DNA of 39,115 nt from positions 1-39,115 of the IMG/VR virus record IMGVR_UViG_3300017655_000254; one strand, given 5' to 3'. The notes beneath the pieces are model-generated. The model worked only from the letters and a program-made list of their open reading frames with translations. It had not been told where the DNA came from and did no database searches. A program made the translations under genes and the position numbers. Each line of letters starts with the position of its first letter. Position 1 is the first letter of the stretch. Shown here one piece after another: positions 26,552-35,357 of the stretch. Source of the DNA: a virus (taxonomy: Duplodnaviria > Caudoviricetes).

Positions 26552-27441
26552 GCTTCGCTACCATCGACTTTTCTACCATCGCGCCGCCCGACATCGTCGA
26601 GCCGCTGAACTATGAAGTGATCCTTGGCGAGATGATCGCCGACCTTCAAGCGCGCGATCCCGCTTTCACGGCGCTCGTCGAATCCGATCCCGCCTTCAAG
26701 ATTCTTGAGGTGGCCGCGTACCGGGAGCTTCTTTTACGTCAGCGCGTCAATGATGCCGCTCGCGGCGTGATGCTTGCCTATGCAGCCAGGGCAGACCTCG
26801 ATCAACTCGGCGCAAATATGGGGCTGATCCGCAATGTCATCGACCTTGGCAATCCCGATGCTTTCCCGCCGGTCGCGCCGACGATGGAAAGCGACGAAGA
26901 GTTTCGCAAGCGCATCCAGCTTGCGCCGGAGGCGCTGTCTGTTGCTGGCCCCACGGGAGCCTATGTCTTTCACGCCTTGGCGGTCCCGGACGTTGCCGAC
27001 GTGTCGGTCGTTGGCCCGCCGACCGTCGACCCTGGCGAAGTGCTTGTGACCGTGCTTGGGAGATCGGGTGACGGCGTGCCAAGCCAGGCGACGCTCGACG
27101 CGGTGAGCGCTGCCCTTGAGGATGTTCGCCCGCTGACGGACCAAGTCACGATTCAGGGGGCCGCGCTCGTCGATTACGCCATTTCCGCGACGATCTACAC
27201 CTATGCCGGGCCAGACCCGGAAACCGTGCTTGCCGCCGCCCAGGAAGCCGCTGATGCCTACGTGGTGACCCAGCGGAGACTCGGGCACGATGTCACCCTT
27301 TCTGGGGTTTACGCGGCCTTGCACCGGCCCGGCGTGCAGCGGGTTGAACTATCATCCCCGGTTGCTGACGTCGTCATCACTCATGAGGAGGTTGCAAACT
27401 GCACCGGCATCACGTTGACGATTGGAGGCGTCGGCGAATGA
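26548..27441 (+). CDS. Baseplate assembly protein (P2 gpJ-like)
   Basis: ESDP..KILE..AYRELLLRQRVN, SVAGP.GAY, VRPLTD. Confidence 0.95.
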   Translation: MSFATIDFSTIAPPDIVEPLNYEVILGEMIADLQARDPAFTALVESDPAFKILEVAAYRELLLRQRVNDAARGVMLAYAARADLDQLGANMGLIRNVIDLGNPDAFPPVAPTMESDEEFRKRIQLAPEALSVAGPTGAYVFHALAVPDVADVSVVGPPTVDPGEVLVTVLGRSGDGVPSQATLDAVSAALEDVRPLTDQVTIQGAALVDYAISATIYTYAGPDPETVLAAAQEAADAYVVTQRRLGHDVTLSGVYAALHRPGVQRVELSSPVADVVITHEEVANCTGITLTIGGVGE

Positions 27442-28106
27442 GTGACCTGACGCCGCCGAACTGGACGCTTCAAGAGCGTGCGCTGGCCGCTTCAACGGCG
27501 CGGGCCACGGTCGTTCCCGTTCGCGTCCGCGAGGTATGGAGCCCGCAGACTTGCCCGCTCGATCTTTTGCCGTGGCTGGCTTGGGCGTTGCATGTCGACT
27601 CTTGGGATGCCGCTTGGCCGGAGCAAATCAAACGGAACGTTGTGGCCGCCAGCATCGAAATCCACCGAAGGAAAGGGACGATTGGCGCTTTGAAGCGGGC
27701 GCTCCAAGCTGTCGGCTACGAGGTGCATATCGACGAGGCGACCGGGGTTCCCTACACCTTTCGGTTGCAAGTGGACGTGACCGGAGGCGGTGGCAGCGAA
27801 GAGCTATACAGCCGCGTTGAAAAGATCGCCTTGGAAAACAAGAACGTCCGCTCTCATTTGTTGGGGGTCGATGCCTTGATGAAGGCGGAAGGCAATGCCT
27901 ACGTTTCTTCGGCGGTTGTCACCGGCGAAGACACTTCAGTTTACCCCTTGCTCGTTCGCGAGCTTTCCGCAATGCCGGGGCTTTACGTTGCGGCTGTCGA
28001 GCATACTCAAGACTTCCTCCGCGTCTTCCCGCTGTTCTCGTCAATGCTTGAGGCGAGCGCCAACGCCAGTGTCTCCGGTTTAGTCAGAATCGAAATTACG
28101 CTATGA
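27438..28106 (+). CDS. Tail protein (P2 gpI-like)
   Basis: CPLDLLPWLAW, HRRKGTIGAL, KNVRSHL. Confidence 0.93.
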   Translation: MSDLTPPNWTLQERALAASTARATVVPVRVREVWSPQTCPLDLLPWLAWALHVDSWDAAWPEQIKRNVVAASIEIHRRKGTIGALKRALQAVGYEVHIDEATGVPYTFRLQVDVTGGGGSEELYSRVEKIALENKNVRSHLLGVDALMKAEGNAYVSSAVVTGEDTSVYPLLVRELSAMPGLYVAAVEHTQDFLRVFPLFSSMLEASANASVSGLVRIEITL

Positions 28107-29599
28107 GCTTCAAAACTATCATCACAAATCTGGGCGCTGCAAAAATCGCCGCCGCAATCCAGGGGGGCGGTACGGTCAACCTTTCTCACATGGCACTTGG
28201 AGACGGGGGCGGCCACCTTGTCGAGCCGAACGCAGACCAGACCAGCCTTGTCAGAGAGGTCTATCGCGCCGAGCTTAATCTACTGGCACGCGACCAGAAG
28301 AACCCGAACTACGTGATCGCTGAAATGGTCGTTCCCTCGACCGTTGGCGGGTGGTCCGTCCGGGAGGTCGCGCTCTATGACAACTCCGGTTCAATGATCG
28401 CGGTTGGCAGCTTCCCTGAAACCTACAAGCCTGAACTTTCGGAGGGATCGGCCCGCGACCTGATCGTTCGCTTCATCATGGAGGTTTCGACAAATGCGTC
28501 GGTTGCCTTGCAGATCGACCCAACCGTTGTGCTTGCTACCCGGCAATGGGTTTCGGATAACTTCGCGCTTGCGTTCGTTCTCCCTGGCGGAACCACCGGC
28601 CAGGTTTTGCGAAAGAGGTCCAACGATGACGGGGACTTTGAATGGTACGATCCCGCCAGCGGCCTGAACCTACTGGTGGACATCGTTGAGGAGAATCAAG
28701 ACCTTGCCGAATCGCAAACGGTCGTGAACCTTTCCGTGGCTACGATGGAAAGCACGGCTGTCTACATTGACGGCGTCCGATTGCGGGGCGACGGCACCGA
28801 GTACACCATCGACAGCACGACCAAGATCACGCTGGCCGAACCTGCAACGTCGGGCCAGAAGATCACGTTCGTTCAGAATGAACCGGCTGGCGCAGCGGAG
28901 TTCCTTCGCACCGGCAACAATCTGTCGGAATTGGCGGAGCCAGACAAGGCCGCCGCCGCACGGGGGCACCTTGGCGTTGGCACGGTGGCCCAGACGTTGA
29001 ACGCCGTCCTGCAAATGATGTACCCAGTTGGGGAAATCTGGATGACCAACCGCCAGGGCAACCCTGCTGACCTGCTCGGCTTTGGTGTCTGGGAGCGTCA
29101 CGCGAAAGGCCGGATGCCAGTTTCCTTGAATCCTGATGATGCTACCTTTAGCGTCCTGGGGGCGACCGGGGGCAGCAAAACGCATACCCTGACGGTCAAC
29201 GAACTACCCACCCACGCGCATGGCATTGCGAAGGTTGATGTTACGACATCGACATCAGGCGGTCACGTCCACGTTGTCAATCCTGGCACGATCACAACCG
29301 GGACCGGCGGGGCGCACGTCCATCAGATCACCATTGACGACGATCCTGGGAGTAGCACCAACTCCCTTTGTGGCACCGATGGTTCGCCGCTCGGGGGCGG
29401 GTCCGTCAAGTACACCATTGCTTCGAGCGGTGCGCACGCCCATACGTTTACCATCAATGCGTTTAACACCGGGTCTTCTGGATCGCACGCTCACGTGTTT
29501 ACGATCCCGGCACGAAGCACAGAAACGATAGGGTCGGGGCAGCCGCACAACAACTTGCCGCCTTACTTTGTCGTCAACATTTGGAGGCGCGTTGCGTGA
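28103..29599 (+). CDS. Tail fibre (P2 gpH-like N-terminus, His-rich needle C-terminus)
   Basis: DUF3751-like N-terminus (MALGDGGG, GGWSVRE, PETYKP, IDPTVVLATR); YPVG, GGSKTHTLTVNELPTHAH, repeated HxH, PHNNLPPY...WRR. Confidence 0.9.
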   Translation: MSFKTIITNLGAAKIAAAIQGGGTVNLSHMALGDGGGHLVEPNADQTSLVREVYRAELNLLARDQKNPNYVIAEMVVPSTVGGWSVREVALYDNSGSMIAVGSFPETYKPELSEGSARDLIVRFIMEVSTNASVALQIDPTVVLATRQWVSDNFALAFVLPGGTTGQVLRKRSNDDGDFEWYDPASGLNLLVDIVEENQDLAESQTVVNLSVATMESTAVYIDGVRLRGDGTEYTIDSTTKITLAEPATSGQKITFVQNEPAGAAEFLRTGNNLSELAEPDKAAAARGHLGVGTVAQTLNAVLQMMYPVGEIWMTNRQGNPADLLGFGVWERHAKGRMPVSLNPDDATFSVLGATGGSKTHTLTVNELPTHAHGIAKVDVTTSTSGGHVHVVNPGTITTGTGGAHVHQITIDDDPGSSTNSLCGTDGSPLGGGSVKYTIASSGAHAHTFTINAFNTGSSGSHAHVFTIPARSTETIGSGQPHNNLPPYFVVNIWRRVA

Positions 29600-30354
29600 A
29601 TAAGCTAACCCTTACCACCATTGGCGAGGCCAAGCTCGCGGCGGCGGTAGCAAGCGGCGAAAAGCTGATGCTTTCTCAACTTGCTATCGGGTCCGCGTCG
29701 AGTGAATTGCTCACGCCGGAATCCACCACCATCGGCCCGGAGCTCTTCCGGTTCGCTGTTACCGGGCAGTCAACAGACGGGAACCGGGTAGTGATCGAGG
29801 GCACCATCAGCGAAGACCACGGACCATTCACGATCCGGTGCGTCGGGCTCTTTGACAACCTCGGCGCATTGATTGGATACGCTGGCGTTCCCGAAACCGT
29901 CAAGCCCGGCATGATGGACGGCTTTGGCGTGTCGATGCGGGTGCGCGTCTATCTTGCCTTCACGACCGTGGAGGAAGTGATGTCAATCGAGATCGTCAGC
30001 ACGGTGGCGTGGGCTGACGAACAGGCGGCGCGGTCCGGCGAGGCATCCAATCTTGTCATGTCGCCGCTTCACACTTGGAGCGCCGTTGAAGCGCAGTCAC
30101 TTATCAACGGGGCCGCCTACGGGGTAACCCGCCTGACCGAAGAGATCGGCGTTAGCGTGGTTGGGTACGGCTCGCTTGACAAAGTCCCTACCGTGGGAAA
30201 ATCAACGGCTCTTTGGTCGGTCGCTGATTCCGAACACGGCTGGGGCATCTGGGAACTCGTAGAAGGAAGCAATGCCGCTTCGCCGGGGGCCGTGGTCCGC
30301 CCTTCTGATTTCGACCTTTCAGACAACGCAAAAGTATGGATAAGACGTTCTTAA
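29596..30354 (+). CDS. Second short tail-fibre-like protein (diverged DUF3751-like N-terminus)
   Basis: LTTIGEAKLAAA, GPFTIRCVGLFD and PETVKP parallel the N-terminus of the gpH-like fibre; GTG start overlapping the upstream stop. Confidence 0.7.
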   Translation: MNKLTLTTIGEAKLAAAVASGEKLMLSQLAIGSASSELLTPESTTIGPELFRFAVTGQSTDGNRVVIEGTISEDHGPFTIRCVGLFDNLGALIGYAGVPETVKPGMMDGFGVSMRVRVYLAFTTVEEVMSIEIVSTVAWADEQAARSGEASNLVMSPLHTWSAVEAQSLINGAAYGVTRLTEEIGVSVVGYGSLDKVPTVGKSTALWSVADSEHGWGIWELVEGSNAASPGAVVRPSDFDLSDNAKVWIRRS

Positions 30355-30923
30355 TTCTGACGGCCTTGTTGGTCTGGGCAATCTCTGCTTTCGCGCAGGA
30401 TCGCCAGGTAACCGCCGAACCCGGAACGGGGGTTCTTCGCTGGCCTTCTGCAAGCAGCTTCCGTTCAGCAAATGCGATCCCTGAAAAGCCGATCTATGCG
30501 GTTTTCCATATCCCGATGCCGAAGGGCTTCACTGACTTTGAGCTCAAGGCATCGACAGACAACTACGCGACGATGGTTTTCTTCTATCACAGCCCCGATC
30601 CTGGGAAGATGTTCATCCCGTCGCAGATATGGACCAACCGCCCCGACGTTTACTTTACAGACTCCCAACTCGCCGACCGGCGTCAGTGGATCAAGCAAAG
30701 CGCCTCGCAGTCAATCACAGCTATGCGCGTCAATTCGTCGAGCGAGATCGGCGGGGTCATCCTGGTTGTTAAGGACACCGGGGGCGCGATCACTCCCGAC
30801 AACGGAAACCTTGTCTGGACCTATTGCCTGATGACGCCAACCGGCACCGAAGACGACTCATCGGGTCGCTCGATCTGGCGGCCCATCATTCCAACCTGGA
30901 CAACGCAACCATTCAATCCATGA
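30336..30923 (+). CDS. Hypothetical protein with signal-peptide-like N-terminus
   Basis: MDKTFLILTALLVWAISAFA|Q. Confidence 0.75.
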   Translation: MDKTFLILTALLVWAISAFAQDRQVTAEPGTGVLRWPSASSFRSANAIPEKPIYAVFHIPMPKGFTDFELKASTDNYATMVFFYHSPDPGKMFIPSQIWTNRPDVYFTDSQLADRRQWIKQSASQSITAMRVNSSSEIGGVILVVKDTGGAITPDNGNLVWTYCLMTPTGTEDDSSGRSIWRPIIPTWTTQPFNP

Positions 30924-31276
30924 GAGTAAAACGACTCATTCTGACGACACTGGCCTTTTCATTATTGTCGGGCTCCCTATTCTCCATCGACTACGACGCG
31001 ACGCTTCAATCAGCGTGGGCCGACGTCGTCGAAAGGCCGCCGTCTGGGGAGATCACAGAAGCCGCGCTTCGCGACACGATTGAATGGCAAGTTTTCAACG
31101 GCCCGATTCCGAAGGTCAACAGCGCAACGCACTATGGGCTTAGGCTCAAGTGGTGGAACCGCATTATCAAACGGTTCGGCATTGCGATTGTTGCAAAAGA
31201 CTATTCAAATTTCCTTATCGAGCTAAAGGCCGCGCTCGCCAAGGATCAACAACAACCAGGCCAATCAGTTCAATAA
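30920..31276 (+). CDS. Hypothetical protein with signal-peptide-like N-terminus
   Basis: ATG 30920 (ATGA overlap); MRVKRLILTTLAFSLLSGSLFS. Confidence 0.7.
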   Translation: MRVKRLILTTLAFSLLSGSLFSIDYDATLQSAWADVVERPPSGEITEAALRDTIEWQVFNGPIPKVNSATHYGLRLKWWNRIIKRFGIAIVAKDYSNFLIELKAALAKDQQQPGQSVQ

Positions 31277-31283
31277 AGCATAC

Positions 31284-31772
31284 ATGAAGAAAATCATCAC
31301 TACCCTCGCCCTGATGCTCGTCGCCGCTGTCTCCGTCTTTGCGGAAACTCCGCAGAGCGTTGATGCTCTGGTCGCGAGCCTTCCGGAGAATTACAGCCAA
31401 GGGCTTCGTGTCACCGCTGTTCGCGTGGAGGCTCGCAAGAACAATGAGTTCTACAACGCCCTGAAGTCCGCTGGCTTCGTCTTCCAGGACGTGAAGCTTT
31501 CGCGGGCTCATGTCGTCGGCCTCGCCTTTCCGCGCGGAGACTACGACGCCTTCGACGAGAAGGACGCGGCGAAGTATCTGGCGCTTGCCAATTACAAAAG
31601 CTACATCGCGGCCAGGTTGAAGGCGTTCGACAACGCGCTCGCTTCATACGACTGGCTTCAACAGCAACGCTATACCGTCGCCGAAGCCGCGCCGACCGAC
31701 CTTACGAAGAAGGATGAATTTCTTTCGGTAATCGCCGAACAGATCCTTGCCGTCGACAAGGCAAAGCGGTAA
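31284..31772 (+). CDS. Hypothetical exported protein
   Basis: MKKIITTLALMLVAAVSVFA|E Sec signal; helical mature domain. Confidence 0.8.
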   Translation: MKKIITTLALMLVAAVSVFAETPQSVDALVASLPENYSQGLRVTAVRVEARKNNEFYNALKSAGFVFQDVKLSRAHVVGLAFPRGDYDAFDEKDAAKYLALANYKSYIAARLKAFDNALASYDWLQQQRYTVAEAAPTDLTKKDEFLSVIAEQILAVDKAKR

Positions 31773-31805
31773 GGTCTGGTCTTCAACCTTGGTTTCCTTT
31801 CGAGT

Positions 31806-31838
31806 GCCCGCTCCTCTTTATGGGGAGCGGGCTTTTCT
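31806..31838 (+). terminator. Rho-independent terminator
   Basis: GCCCGCTCC-loop-GGAGCGGGC followed by TTTTCT. Confidence 0.85.
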
Positions 31839-31846
31839 ATCCCTGC

Positions 31847-31887
31847 AAATATCGCAGAAGAATATCATGGCGGGCCACTGCTAACGT
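31847..31887 (+). promoter_or_regulatory. Putative late promoter
   Basis: AAATATCGCAGAAG-21 bp-TAACGT, 6 nt before ATG 31894 and immediately after a terminator. Confidence 0.65.
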
Positions 31888-31893
31888 GCGATC

Positions 31894-32328
31894 ATGTCTT
31901 TGCTCTCAAGAATTACAACGCTGTTCAGGGGTGAGCCCCGGCAGGTTTACGAATGGCCGATGGTAGTTGCCGGGCGGACCGAAGAGGACACCGTCGTTAT
32001 TCTTAAAGTCAACTCCGACGGAACCCTAAGCGGCGGCGGCGGCGACGCCAGCGCGTCGAATCAGTTGGCCGCAATCGCCGCAATCGAAGGCTTCCACGGG
32101 CAAGCCTTTGGCGCTCATGGCGCGAAGGTCGTCACCGACACGAACGAAGCTACCGGCCCGTTCTACGCGCTGACCGCCCTGGATGACTCCGTTGTCGCTT
32201 CGGCGACATCGTCGAACGTCTCGGGCAACTTGACGGACCTTCCCTTGCCCGCCGGAACCACGATCTACGGGACGTTCACCGCTTTCACGCTGACGAGCGG
32301 GAAGGTGATTGCCTACCTCAACGCCTAG
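31894..32328 (+). CDS. Hypothetical (possibly virion) protein
   Basis: Gly/Ala/Thr-rich, beta-type C-terminal domain; has its own late-type promoter. Confidence 0.7.
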   Translation: MSLLSRITTLFRGEPRQVYEWPMVVAGRTEEDTVVILKVNSDGTLSGGGGDASASNQLAAIAAIEGFHGQAFGAHGAKVVTDTNEATGPFYALTALDDSVVASATSSNVSGNLTDLPLPAGTTIYGTFTAFTLTSGKVIAYLNA

Positions 32329-32329
32329 C

Positions 32330-32369
32330 AAACGTCGCAGAAGTAAAGCGGCGGCATGACGCTTACACT
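32330..32369 (+). promoter_or_regulatory. Putative late promoter for the lysis and tail operon
   Basis: AAACGTCGCAGAAG-20 bp-TACACT; AGGAG RBS precedes ATG 32396. Confidence 0.65.
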
Positions 32370-32395
32370 ATTAGCTTTTAGGAGAAATTACCCTT

Positions 32396-32590
32396 ATGAA
32401 ATGGAAAACTACTATTGCGGGAGTTCTGACTATCGTGATCGCTGTTGCCAATGCAGCCCTGGCGGTTCTCAACGGCGACGCATTTGACATCGCCGCCACG
32501 ATCACCGCAGTCACGGCGGGCGCTGGCGTCATCGGTGCCGGAAAGATCGTCTCCGACAACGCGACTGCAAAAAAGGAGGAAGAGGAATGA
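32396..32590 (+). CDS. Holin-like two-TM membrane protein
   Basis: WKTTIAGVL N-terminus, two hydrophobic segments, charged C-tail. Confidence 0.6.
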   Translation: MKWKTTIAGVLTIVIAVANAALAVLNGDAFDIAATITAVTAGAGVIGAGKIVSDNATAKKEEEE

Positions 32591-32751
32591 AATCGCTTGC
32601 AATGGCAATTCTCTTCGCCGCCCTCGCTGGCATCGTCGGTTCGCTCTCCGGGTGCGCCACGATTGAGAGGGACACCTTCACCGCCAACTATCATGACGGC
32701 ATTTTCGAGTTCGGCTACAAGTTGCCGGAACCGAAAGCACACAGCAAGTAA
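32587..32751 (+). CDS. Small lipoprotein, 54 aa (spanin candidate; not in the ORF track)
   Basis: MKSLAMAILFAALAGIVGSLSG|CATIERDTF...HSK*; LSGC lipobox; ATGA overlap with the holin-like gene. Confidence 0.7.
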   Translation: MKSLAMAILFAALAGIVGSLSGCATIERDTFTANYHDGIFEFGYKLPEPKAHSK

Positions 32752-32757
32752 ACCCCT

Positions 32758-33000
32758 ATGCTGGATCGCGTGCAGCTTATCGGCTCTTGCTTCGGCGTGG
32801 CGATTGCGTCAACAGCGACCGGCGCAATCGCCAACGTCATCAGCCGGTCAACACAGGTTTCACTTGCCGACGTCATAACGGTCGGGGCCGTCATCGTGCT
32901 TGGCACCTGGCGAATGTCGGCTCAACTGTCGAGCATCAAAAATGAGCTTCGCACGTTGAACCGTCGGATTGAACAGATCGAAAAGAAAGAACAGGAATAA
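32758..33000 (+). CDS. Small membrane protein with C-terminal coiled coil (lysis-associated candidate)
   Basis: Hydrophobic segments followed by LSSIKNELRTLNRRIEQIEK. Confidence 0.6.
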   Translation: MLDRVQLIGSCFGVAIASTATGAIANVISRSTQVSLADVITVGAVIVLGTWRMSAQLSSIKNELRTLNRRIEQIEKKEQE

Positions 33001-33002
33001 AC

Positions 33003-34439
33003 ATGGCAGAACAATTTTTACACGGCGTCGAACTGATCGAGGTCCAATCTGGACCGCGTCCGATCCGGACGGTTAAAAGCTCGGTGATCGGGATCGTTGG
33101 AACGGCTCCCGATGCTGAACCAGCGCGGGCCGCAAGCGCAACCATTGGCGGGTTGATCTTTACGGCAAAGGAGCCCGGCATTGCCGGCAATCAGGTTTCG
33201 GTTGCGCTCGTCGATCCCGGCGAAAACAGCGCGTCCCTTTCCGTGGATACGGAAGGCTCTCGCGTTGCCGTGAGCCTGGCAACCAACGAAGAGGGGGAAA
33301 TCACTACCACGGAAGCGCAGGTTGCTACCGCTTTGACCGCGAATGATCTCGTCGCCGCTTCGGCGTCGGGGGCCGGCGCGGCTATTGTCAACCCTACGCC
33401 TTCCCGGCTCCTTTCCGGCGGGGCCGATGAGGCTTTTCCGATTGGTAGGCCGACGCTGATTGCCGGGAGCCGCCAGGAAGCGGCACGGCTCGGGGAAACC
33501 GGAACTCTCCCAAGCGCCATTGACGCCATTTTCGACCAGGTCGGCGCGGCTGTCGTTGTTGTGCGGGTCGAGGAAGACAACGACATCGAAGGCACCGTGA
33601 CCGACGTCATTGGAGAAGATGGCATTCAGGCGCTGATTGGCGCGGAGTCGATCCTTGGTGTCTCTCCGCGCATTCTGATCGCGCCCGGCTTCTCTGACCG
33701 CCAGGAGGTCGCCGGCGAGCTTTTGGCGGTGGCGAACCGTTTGCGAGCGGTTGTCATTGCCGATGGCCCGAACACCACGGACGCCGAAGCCGTTTCCCAT
33801 GCCGGCGACTACGGGTCGGACCGCCTCTATATCGTCGACCCTTCGGTCAAGGTCTTTCGCGCCGGCGCTGTCGTCTTCGAGCCGGCCAGCCCCCGCGTAG
33901 CTGGTTTGATCGCCCTTTCCGACAATGAGCGCGGTTTCTGGTGGTCGCCTTCAAATCAGGAGGTTCGGGGCATCCTCGGAACGACTCGCCCGATTGACTT
34001 CACCTTCGGCGATCCGAACAGTCGCGCCAACCTGCTCAACGAAGCGAACGTCGCCACCATCATCCGGCAAGACGGTTATCGGCTTTGGGGGAATCGCACC
34101 ACGTCGAGCGATCCGAAGTTTGCCTTCCTGTCGGTGCGCCGCACGGCTGACATGATCAACGATTCGATTCTTCGCGGCCACTTGTGGGCGGTCGACCGGA
34201 ACATCACGAAGACTTACCTCGAAGATGTTTCGGAGAGCGTCAATGCCTACCTCGCCGGCTTGAAGAATCAAGGCGCGATCCTCGGCGGGCGTTGCTGGCC
34301 TGACCCGGACCTGAATAGCCCGGCGAACATTGCGCAAGGCAAGGTCTACGTCAACTTCGAGTTCACGCCGCCTTACCCGGCGGAACACATCACGTTCAAA
34401 TCTATCATCGTCAACGACTACCTGGAGGAACTTGTCTAA
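33003..34439 (+). CDS. Contractile tail sheath (P2 gpFI-like)
   Basis: FLHGVELIEV, PRILIAPGFS, GFWWSPSN, GYRLWGNRT, PAEHITF. Confidence 0.96.
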   Translation: MAEQFLHGVELIEVQSGPRPIRTVKSSVIGIVGTAPDAEPARAASATIGGLIFTAKEPGIAGNQVSVALVDPGENSASLSVDTEGSRVAVSLATNEEGEITTTEAQVATALTANDLVAASASGAGAAIVNPTPSRLLSGGADEAFPIGRPTLIAGSRQEAARLGETGTLPSAIDAIFDQVGAAVVVVRVEEDNDIEGTVTDVIGEDGIQALIGAESILGVSPRILIAPGFSDRQEVAGELLAVANRLRAVVIADGPNTTDAEAVSHAGDYGSDRLYIVDPSVKVFRAGAVVFEPASPRVAGLIALSDNERGFWWSPSNQEVRGILGTTRPIDFTFGDPNSRANLLNEANVATIIRQDGYRLWGNRTTSSDPKFAFLSVRRTADMINDSILRGHLWAVDRNITKTYLEDVSESVNAYLAGLKNQGAILGGRCWPDPDLNSPANIAQGKVYVNFEFTPPYPAEHITFKSIIVNDYLEELV

Positions 34440-34948
34440 TGTCCGCCGCTGATCAAATCCTGAAAAATTTCAATCTCTTCGTCGACGGGCGAGGCTACGC
34501 CGGGAACTGCCCAACGTTCCGCCCGCCTGCTCTTCAAGTTCTCGAAGAGGAGTTTCGCGCCGGGGGCCTGGACGCGCCCATCAAGGTTGATATGGGCATG
34601 GAAGCCCTGGAAGCGAGCTTCACCCTTACCAAGTTCGCGCCGGAGGTATTGGCTTTGTGGGGGCTCTCCGATGGCACCGGCAAGCAGATCACCGCACGCG
34701 GAGCCGTTCAGAATCTCAACGGCACTGTCGAGCCGGTTATTGTCAATCTCGCCGGGAACATCCGCGCGGTTGAGTCCGGCGATTGGGTGGCCGGTGAGAA
34801 GGTTGAAAACGAGTTCACTGTTTCGGTGGTCTCGTACAAGTACACGCAAGCCGGGCGCTTGATCCATCACATCGACGTTCCGAACATGATCCGGATCGTC
34901 AACGGTGTCGATCATCTGGCCGCGATCCGCGACGCAATCGGTCTGTAA
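34439..34948 (+). CDS. Tail tube (P2 gpFII-like)
   Basis: LKNFNLFVDG, VDMGMEALE, IDVPNMIRIVNGVD.L..IR.AIGL. Confidence 0.95.
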   Translation: MSAADQILKNFNLFVDGRGYAGNCPTFRPPALQVLEEEFRAGGLDAPIKVDMGMEALEASFTLTKFAPEVLALWGLSDGTGKQITARGAVQNLNGTVEPVIVNLAGNIRAVESGDWVAGEKVENEFTVSVVSYKYTQAGRLIHHIDVPNMIRIVNGVDHLAAIRDAIGL

Positions 34949-34962
34949 CACTGAACAATTCT

Positions 34963-35220
34963 ATGTCGAACAAGAACACGATCAACTTGGAATATCCCAT
35001 CGACGTTGATGGGGCAAAGCTCAAATCTATTACGCTTCGCCGACCCTCTGTCGGCGACATGAGGGCCGCAAAGAAAGCTGGCGATGGCGACGACGAGGTT
35101 GAAATCATCCTCTTCGCCAATCTCGCCGGACTGACTCCTGACGACATCGGGAAGCTTGACCTTGCAGATTATCAGAAGGTTCAGGAGGTGTTCCGCGGTT
35201 TTTTGGGGCAAGGCAAGTAG
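34963..35220 (+). CDS. Tail assembly chaperone (P2 gpE-like)
   Basis: ITLRRPSVGD, LFANL, LDLADY; lies between tube and tape measure. Confidence 0.9.
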   Translation: MSNKNTINLEYPIDVDGAKLKSITLRRPSVGDMRAAKKAGDGDDEVEIILFANLAGLTPDDIGKLDLADYQKVQEVFRGFLGQGK

Positions 35221-35357
35221 CGGGGCTGACCGACCGCAGCTTGTTGCGTTGCATGATGGCCCTCGCCGAACTCGTCGGCGGGGGCCTTGAGCCAATAGGT
35301 CGAATGGATTGCGACGATTTCGTGATCTGTCTGGATGAATTACCCAAAACGAAATGA
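35199..35357 (+). other. Programmed -1 frameshift site and gpE'-like extension
   Basis: Slippery T TTT TTG at 35199-35205; the -1 frame stays open (GARQVAGLTDRSLLRCMMALAEL...LDELPKTK*) to TGA 35355-35357, overlapping the tape-measure ATG. Confidence 0.8.

Noticed and set aside
28103-30354. Tail-fibre diversification by DGR or invertase shufflon
   Set aside because: No reverse transcriptase, no template/variable repeat pair, no serine invertase and no inverted fibre cassette were seen.
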